Source of the DNA: Acetofilamentum sp.
GTDB lineage: Bacteria; CAIWAD01
DNA length: 54,066 nt
Assembly (NCBI GenBank): GCA_020726405.1
Contig: DYSB01000003.1
Coordinates: forward strand, 1-54,066
Reading direction: 5' to 3'
Part shown: one piece after another, positions 48,491 through 54,066 of the stretch
Layout: each line of letters opens with the position of its first letter
How positions within the stretch are numbered: the stretch's first letter is position 1
Notes under the pieces: model-generated
What the model was told of the DNA's origin: nothing
The model's database searches: none
Seen by the model: the letters and a program-made list of their open reading frames with translations, nothing else
Translations under genes and position numbers: made by a program

Positions 48491-48793
48491 TCAGCCGAAC
48501 AGCTTGCTCGAGAGCGGATAGCGCCGGATGATCCACAGGTAGGCCAAGTGGTAGACTGGCCAGATCAGGTTGTAGGCCAGCACCTCCGCCAGCAGGCCCA
48601 ACCGGTGGCTGCCCGTGCGCAGCTCCACCCATTCGTGCAGCGCCAGGCCGGGGACCATCCAACTGGGGAAGATGTCGGCGATCCAGATCTCGTCGGGTGC
48701 GCCCGTGACGCTGCCCACCCCGGGCATGCCGGAACCCGGCACGCCGTAGCAGTGGAAGCGGTAGGGATTCCAGGCGAACACGCGGATGACCAT
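48491..48793 (-). CDS. Small hypothetical protein with an HExxE motif
   Basis: DEIWIAD...LALHEWVELRTGSH; start uncertain. Confidence 0.45.
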   Translation of the reverse strand: MVIRVFAWNPYRFHCYGVPGSGMPGVGSVTGAPDEIWIADIFPSWMVPGLALHEWVELRTGSHRLGLLAEVLAYNLIWPVYHLAYLWIIRRYPLSSKLFG

Positions 48794-48954
48794 GAGGCAA
48801 TGTCGGCAAGCCCGGGCAGCATCTTCAACCTGATTGCGTCCGGAGGGCGCCCTGGCTACATTGAAAACCCGCTCCAGCCTGCCCCGCCACTCCGCGGGCG
48901 CTCCTTCAGTGGAAGCGGAGACAGACTCCTTATTCCAGGGAGACCCCCCCGGTC

Positions 48955-50400
48955 ATGACGGTACCGCGCTTGAGCATCCTGGTGGTGGACGACGAGCGCG
49001 CCGTGCGCGAAGTGGTCGGCGACCTACTGCGGGAAATGGGCCATGCGGTGGTGCTGGCCGGGGACGGCGAAGAGGCCCTGCGCAAGCTGGACGAGCAGGA
49101 TTTCCAGTTGGTGCTCTCCGACGTGCGCATGCCCAAGCTGGACGGCCTCCAGCTGTTGGACGCAGTGATCGACCGCCATCCCGGCACGCGCATCTTGCTG
49201 TTCACCGGCTACGGGACCATCCAGGACGCGGTGGCGGCGATCAAACGCGGCGCCATCGGCTACATCACGAAGCCGGTGAACTTCCCCGCCCTGGTGGAGG
49301 AGATCACCCGGCTGGCCCATGACCTCAGCCTGACCTCCAGCGGCGCCCAGCTGATGAACGAAATGCTGCGCCGGCATCAGGAGGGCCTGCCCCTCAGCCG
49401 CAACCGGCACATGAACAACCTGGTGCAGCTCACCGTGAGCCGGATCGCCGAATCCCAAGCCAGCGTGCTGATCAGCGGGGAGTCCGGCACGGGCAAGGAG
49501 CTGATGGCGGCGCTGATCCACCGCTTCTCGCCGCGCCGGGATGGCCCCTTCGTCAAGCTCAGCGCCGCCGCCATTCCCGAGAGCTTGTTGGAGAGCGAGC
49601 TCTTCGGGCACGTCAAAGGCGCATTCACCGGAGCCGTGCGCGACCGCCGGGGCCGGGTGGCGGAGGCCGACGGCGGCACGCTGTTCCTGGACGAGATCGG
49701 CGAGATCCGGCCGGCCCTGCAGGCCAAGCTGCTGCGCGTGCTGCAGGAGCGCGAATTCGAACCCGTGGGCAGCACGCGCACGTGTCGCGTGGACCTGCGC
49801 CTGATCACGGCCACCAACCGCGACCTGCCCGCCGAGATCGCTGCCGGCAACTTCCGCCCCGACCTCTACTACCGGCTGAACGTGCTGGACATCCACCTGC
49901 CGCCTTTGCGCGAGCGCCGGGAGGATCTGCCCGAACTGGTGGACTTCATCCTGGAGCGTCTCTGCCGCCGGGCGGAGCGCCCGCTGCCGCGACCCACGGA
50001 GGCCCTGCTGACCCGGCTGGCGGAACTGGATTGGCCGGGCAACATCCGCGAACTGGAAAACGTGCTCGAACGCTGCCTGCTGCTGGGCCGGGAGGAGCAG
50101 CTGGACCTTAAGCATCTGCCCGAGGATTACCGGCTGAACGCCCGCTCGGGCCGCAACGCCTCGACTTCGCTGGCGCAGTTGGCGCAGTTGGCGCAGCTGA
50201 CCCTGGATGAGGCCCGCGAGCACTTCGAGCACGGATTGCTGCTGCGGGTGCTGGAAGAGGAGAATGGCAATGTCTCGGCCTGCGCGCGCCGGCTGGGGAT
50301 TGCCCGGAAGAACTTGCAGATCAAGCTGAAACGCTTGGGAATTGAAGCGCTGGGCTTTCGCGCGGGGCGGGAATCCGGCCGCCCGACCCAGGAGCGCTGA
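48955..50400 (+). CDS. NtrC-family sigma-54-dependent response regulator (REC-AAA+-HTH)
   Basis: VVDDE, SDVRMP, GESGTGKE, GAFTGA, FLDEIGE, WPGNIRELEN, GNVSACARRLGI. Confidence 0.95.
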   Translation: MTVPRLSILVVDDERAVREVVGDLLREMGHAVVLAGDGEEALRKLDEQDFQLVLSDVRMPKLDGLQLLDAVIDRHPGTRILLFTGYGTIQDAVAAIKRGAIGYITKPVNFPALVEEITRLAHDLSLTSSGAQLMNEMLRRHQEGLPLSRNRHMNNLVQLTVSRIAESQASVLISGESGTGKELMAALIHRFSPRRDGPFVKLSAAAIPESLLESELFGHVKGAFTGAVRDRRGRVAEADGGTLFLDEIGEIRPALQAKLLRVLQEREFEPVGSTRTCRVDLRLITATNRDLPAEIAAGNFRPDLYYRLNVLDIHLPPLRERREDLPELVDFILERLCRRAERPLPRPTEALLTRLAELDWPGNIRELENVLERCLLLGREEQLDLKHLPEDYRLNARSGRNASTSLAQLAQLAQLTLDEAREHFEHGLLLRVLEEENGNVSACARRLGIARKNLQIKLKRLGIEALGFRAGRESGRPTQER

Positions 50401-50468
50401 AGGTCCGCCTCCGGGTTGCCGATAGGCCGAGTTGTCTCCTACGTCACCCCGCTTGAAGCAGGATCAGA

Positions 50469-51743
50469 TTGACTGTGGCACAAACACGGATCTACCTCAT
50501 CAGTAGCGACGCCGCCTGGGCGGATCGGATGGCCGGCTTGGTCCATGACGAAGGACTGGGGAAGGCGCTGTTTTTCCCGGTGGGCAAGGGCGCCCTGGCC
50601 GCCTACTGCGAGGCGCTGCCCGAGGTGGTGATTTTCGATCTGCGCCAGGAGAGACGTGACTCCACGGTGGCCCTGACCATGATCCGCGAGATTTTCCCGC
50701 GGATGGCGACGGGCGGCGTGGTGGTGATCGGTGCGGCGGACCCGGCGGACCGGGATTCCCTGCGTCAGGAGCGCGAACAACTCAACCGCATTCAGCTGGC
50801 CGAGTACCTGCCGCGCAACACGCCCGAGGACTTCCTGCTGGAGCGCCTGCACGCCCTCACGCAGCGGGCGGAGGAAAACCAGCGCCAGGAGGTGCCGATT
50901 CCTGCGCAGCGCGAGGTTCCGGAACCCTTCGTGACGGACGTGCCCGCCCCGCCCCGCCCGGCCCCCGTGCGGCAGACGGCGCCGCCGGCCCCCGGCGAAC
51001 CGGTACCCTGCCTGGTAAAGGTGCTGCTCAGCCGCGCGGATCAGCAGGCGGACCTGCTGCTGGACCTGGCGGATCTGGGCGCCGAGGCGCTGGTGGTGGA
51101 TGATTCGCGCAACGTCGCCACCCTGGGCACCCTGCCGGACTTCCTCATCGTGGACGGTAGCAGCGCGGAACAGCACGTCAGTTTCCTGACCCAGCTGCGT
51201 CGCCAGTATCCCGGCTTGCGGATCATCCAACTGCCCGATGAGGGCGACAAGTCCCTGCGCCGCCTCTCCAAGGACATCAGCGCCCTGCTGACCCCTCCGA
51301 GCGTGCCCCATGGCGGGCTGGACCAGCTGGCCCAGGCCATTCGCCGGCGCGTGTTACCCGACGAGGGCCCGGGCAACGTGCCCATCCTGCTGCTGGTGGA
51401 GGATGAGCAGAACATCCGCGAGCTGACCGCCCACTATCTGCTGCTGCAGGGCTACGAGGTCTACCAGGCCGAGGACGGCCAGGAGGCCATGACCGTCTTC
51501 CGGGCCCGCCCGCCGGACATGATCCTCAGCGATGTCTACATGCCGCGCATGAACGGATTCAAGTTCCTGCTGGAGGTCAAGAACTGGGCGCCCGACCTGC
51601 CCATGCTGATGATGACCGGCTACAGCTCCGCAACCCAGGTGCTCAACACCTCGAAATACCGCAACGTGACCTTCCTGCCCAAACCCTTCCGCTTGAGCGA
51701 ACTGGGAGAGCGCATTCGGGCCATGCTGGGAGCTTTCCGATGA
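50469..51743 (+). CDS. Response regulator with degenerate N-terminal receiver-like regions and an intact C-terminal REC
   Basis: C-terminal LLVEDE, SDVYMP, MTGY, LPKPF; TTG start uncertain. Confidence 0.8.
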   Translation: MTVAQTRIYLISSDAAWADRMAGLVHDEGLGKALFFPVGKGALAAYCEALPEVVIFDLRQERRDSTVALTMIREIFPRMATGGVVVIGAADPADRDSLRQEREQLNRIQLAEYLPRNTPEDFLLERLHALTQRAEENQRQEVPIPAQREVPEPFVTDVPAPPRPAPVRQTAPPAPGEPVPCLVKVLLSRADQQADLLLDLADLGAEALVVDDSRNVATLGTLPDFLIVDGSSAEQHVSFLTQLRRQYPGLRIIQLPDEGDKSLRRLSKDISALLTPPSVPHGGLDQLAQAIRRRVLPDEGPGNVPILLLVEDEQNIRELTAHYLLLQGYEVYQAEDGQEAMTVFRARPPDMILSDVYMPRMNGFKFLLEVKNWAPDLPMLMMTGYSSATQVLNTSKYRNVTFLPKPFRLSELGERIRAMLGAFR

Positions 51744-52660
51744 TCGAGAGCCGCAAGCTGGACCACGAGCGCCGCCAGCGGATCCTGGAGCGCATCGCCA
51801 CGCTGGACACGCTGCCCTCGCTGCCCCGGGTGGTGTCCGAGATGCTGCGCCTGCTGGCGGAGGATGACTACAGCATGGAAGAGCTGATGGAGCTGGTCCA
51901 GCAGGATCCGGCCCTGACGGCGCGCGTGCTGAAACTGGCCAACAGCGCCATTTACGGGCGGCCACGGCAGATCGACAGCCTGCAACAGGCCATGGTGGTC
52001 CTGGGCGGCAAAGAGCTGCACCGGCTGGTCACCACCATCGCGGTGATGCGTTCCTTCGACGACGTTTTCGCCCGGGACCGCATCCTGGACAAGGAGCTCT
52101 TCTGGTCGCACTCCGTGGGCACGGGGGAACTCACCCACCGGGTGGCCAGCTATTTCAACCTGGAGTTCCGCGGAGTGGACTTCACCGCCGGCCTGCTCCA
52201 CGACGTGGGCAAGGTCGTGCTGGACCAGCATTTCCACGCCGAGTTCCGGGACTGCCTGGAATTGGCCAACCGCCGCGGGCTGCCGCTCTTCGAGGCGGAG
52301 ACCAAGCTGTTGGGGCTGGATCACGCCGAAGTGGGCGCCGTGCTGGCCGCCAAGTGGGAGCTGCCTGGCAGCCTGCTCTCGGCCATCCGCAACCACCACT
52401 GCATGGATCCCAAGGACCCCCACGCCTTGTTGGTGGCCTGCGTGCGCCTGGCCAATCACCTGGTGAAGGACGAGGCCATGAGCTGCCTGGGCGAGGACAA
52501 TCTCTGGCAGATCGAACTGGACTCGGCCTGGCAGATCCTGAGCGAGGCCCGGCACCAGCAGGAGATGCAGGAGCGCACCTCCGCCCTGGAACAGATCCGC
52601 GAGGGCATCCAGGCCGCCCGGGACCGGGTGCGCAGCCTGGTGGGCGAGATCACGCGCTGA
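51740..52660 (+). CDS. HDOD domain protein
   Basis: LPSLP, DPALTARVLKLANSA, FWSHS, GLLHDVGK, DHAEVGA..W.LP. Confidence 0.92.
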   Translation: MIESRKLDHERRQRILERIATLDTLPSLPRVVSEMLRLLAEDDYSMEELMELVQQDPALTARVLKLANSAIYGRPRQIDSLQQAMVVLGGKELHRLVTTIAVMRSFDDVFARDRILDKELFWSHSVGTGELTHRVASYFNLEFRGVDFTAGLLHDVGKVVLDQHFHAEFRDCLELANRRGLPLFEAETKLLGLDHAEVGAVLAAKWELPGSLLSAIRNHHCMDPKDPHALLVACVRLANHLVKDEAMSCLGEDNLWQIELDSAWQILSEARHQQEMQERTSALEQIREGIQAARDRVRSLVGEITR

Positions 52661-52661
52661 C

Positions 52662-53711
52662 GTGTCCGCGCCCGATCCGAACAATCCCTGGGCCGCCCGT
52701 GCGGCCCTTCCTCATTCCAGCGGCGGCCTGCTACCTTGGGCCATGTACCCTCCGCTTGTCCTGCAATCCCCCTATCTACTGGCGCCCATGGCAGGCTTCA
52801 CCACGTCCGGCGTGCGGCGTCTGCTGCTCGGGCAGGGTGCGGGCGCGGCCAGCACGGGACTGGTGGACGCCGAGGGATTGGCCCGCCAGTCCCCGGGGAG
52901 CCTGCGCCGGGCCGCGCGGGAGGCTGCGCCGGGTCCGCAGATCCTCCAGCTCTTCGCCAACCAGCCCGAGATCCTCGGGCAGGCCGCGGCCCTGGCCGCG
53001 CCGCTGGGCTTCCAGGGCGTGGAGCTGAACCTGGGCTGTCCGGCCGCGCCACTGGTGGCCCGGGGCTGCGGCGGGGCGCTGCTGGGCCGCTGGCCCGAGT
53101 TGCGTGCCCTGCTCAAGGTGTTGCGCGAAGCCTCCCCCCTGCCGGCCGGGATCAAATGCCGCAGCGGCCAGCTGCCCGGCGACGGACAGTTCCTGATCCT
53201 GCACGAACTGGCCGCCGAGGCCGGACTGGACTGGTTCTGCCTGCATCCGCGCTCGCTGTCGGGGGCCTATGTGGAACAACCAGACTGGAGTCTGGTGGAC
53301 CGCCTGCCGGCCGGCGGACCGCGGCTCTGGGCCGTGGGCGATCTGCGCACGGCGGCGGAGGCCCGGGCAGCCCTGGCCGCGCATCCGGGCCTCGAGGCCG
53401 TGCTGATCGGCCGGGCCGCCCTGACCCTGCCCTGGATCTTCCGGCTCTGCCGGGGCGAGGTGGCGCCGGCTCCGCGGGAGGGGGCCGCGCTGCTGGCCGC
53501 GCTGCTGCGCTCCCTGGTGGCGGACCTGGATTGGCAGGAGGCCCGCCGCCTGCTGCCCGGACTGCTGGGCCATCTGGGGCTGCCCGCCGACGAGGCTGCC
53601 GCCTTCCGGCTGGCCGACCGGCGCCGTCTGCCCGAGTGGATCGACCTCCTGGAGCGGCAATTGATCGCCGGGCCGCCGCCGGCCATCACGGGCAATCCCT
53701 TCCTGCGCTAA
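52662..53711 (+). CDS. tRNA-dihydrouridine synthase family protein (start possibly 52743)
   Basis: LAPMAGFT, QLF, LNLGCP, GGALL, K.R.G, HPR, IGRAAL..PWIF. Confidence 0.8.
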   Translation: MSAPDPNNPWAARAALPHSSGGLLPWAMYPPLVLQSPYLLAPMAGFTTSGVRRLLLGQGAGAASTGLVDAEGLARQSPGSLRRAAREAAPGPQILQLFANQPEILGQAAALAAPLGFQGVELNLGCPAAPLVARGCGGALLGRWPELRALLKVLREASPLPAGIKCRSGQLPGDGQFLILHELAAEAGLDWFCLHPRSLSGAYVEQPDWSLVDRLPAGGPRLWAVGDLRTAAEARAALAAHPGLEAVLIGRAALTLPWIFRLCRGEVAPAPREGAALLAALLRSLVADLDWQEARRLLPGLLGHLGLPADEAAAFRLADRRRLPEWIDLLERQLIAGPPPAITGNPFLR

Positions 53712-53844
53712 CCTGGGAGTCTGTCGGGAAGCGCGAGGTTGCATTGAATCTCCGGTTCGTTTCGGCCGATCATAAATCTTGCCGCCCGGACGACTCCGCG
53801 GCGGGGAACGGGTTCCGGATCCATCAGCCATGACAGGAGCTCAC

Positions 53845-54066
53845 ATGCACGTCTTTGATCGTCGACAATTGGAGCAGATGCGCGGCATGAATCCGGAGCT
53901 CGAGCGGAGATTCAAGCAGCTGCTGGCGGGACACGACGAGACCAGCGAGGGCGGCGGCGCCTTCGTGCCGGCCGCCGATGTGGTGATGGGCCGCGGCGAG
54001 CTGGTGGTGGTGATGGAGCTGGCCGGCCTGCGGCGGGAGGACATCCGCCTGGGCGCCGGCGAGGGC
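53845..54066 (+). CDS. Hsp20/alpha-crystallin family protein, truncated by the window end
   Basis: FVPAADVV...LVVVMELAGLRREDI; AGGAG RBS. Confidence 0.75.
   Translation, partial: MHVFDRRQLEQMRGMNPELERRFKQLLAGHDETSEGGGAFVPAADVVMGRGELVVVMELAGLRREDIRLGAGEG

Noticed and set aside
50170-50199. 9-bp tandem repeat (LAQ x3) in the NtrC-like gene
   Set aside because: In-frame linker expansion before the HTH; cannot phase-vary the frame.

Overview
A high-GC, mostly housekeeping chromosomal segment of a diderm bacterium, probably an FCB-group lineage (GGC-resume tmRNA tag GNDYALAA, a PNPFNP-type C-terminal sorting domain, type-2 IleRS). Core content: dihydroorotase, aspA, pgsA, mtgA, a membrane pyrophosphatase, tmRNA, bcp, mutM, ilvE, an M32 carboxypeptidase, an RsmB-like methylase, a yggS-yggT-divIVA-PNP-ileS-dksA-lspA-rluD operon and an NtrC/REC/HDOD signalling cluster. 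I see no CRISPR array, prophage, integrase or transposase. The best candidate for an undescribed system is the minus-strand operon at 8252-14967. It encodes DUF485, an ActP-like carboxylate symporter with a large extracytoplasmic insertion, and a 1222-aa membrane protein with the order PHP phosphoesterase - TM - sCache_2 - TM - PAS - PAS - CBS pair - DUF294 nucleotidyltransferase. This could be a one-component carboxylate sensor with writer (NTase) and eraser (PHP) activities. Other notable items: an inositol-monophosphatase/ADP-ribosylglycohydrolase fusion, a cNMP-binding-domain/aspartase fusion, an orphan FlgM-like gene behind a near-consensus sigma-54 promoter, a probable ATC start codon for lspA, a family of dispersed intergenic inverted-repeat elements (CACAGAG/CACGAAG), and several decayed genes (collapsed TolC/RND operon, OXA beta-lactamase with a broken signal peptide, ltaE with an internal deletion). 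All assignments come from motif recognition by eye; no searches were run.
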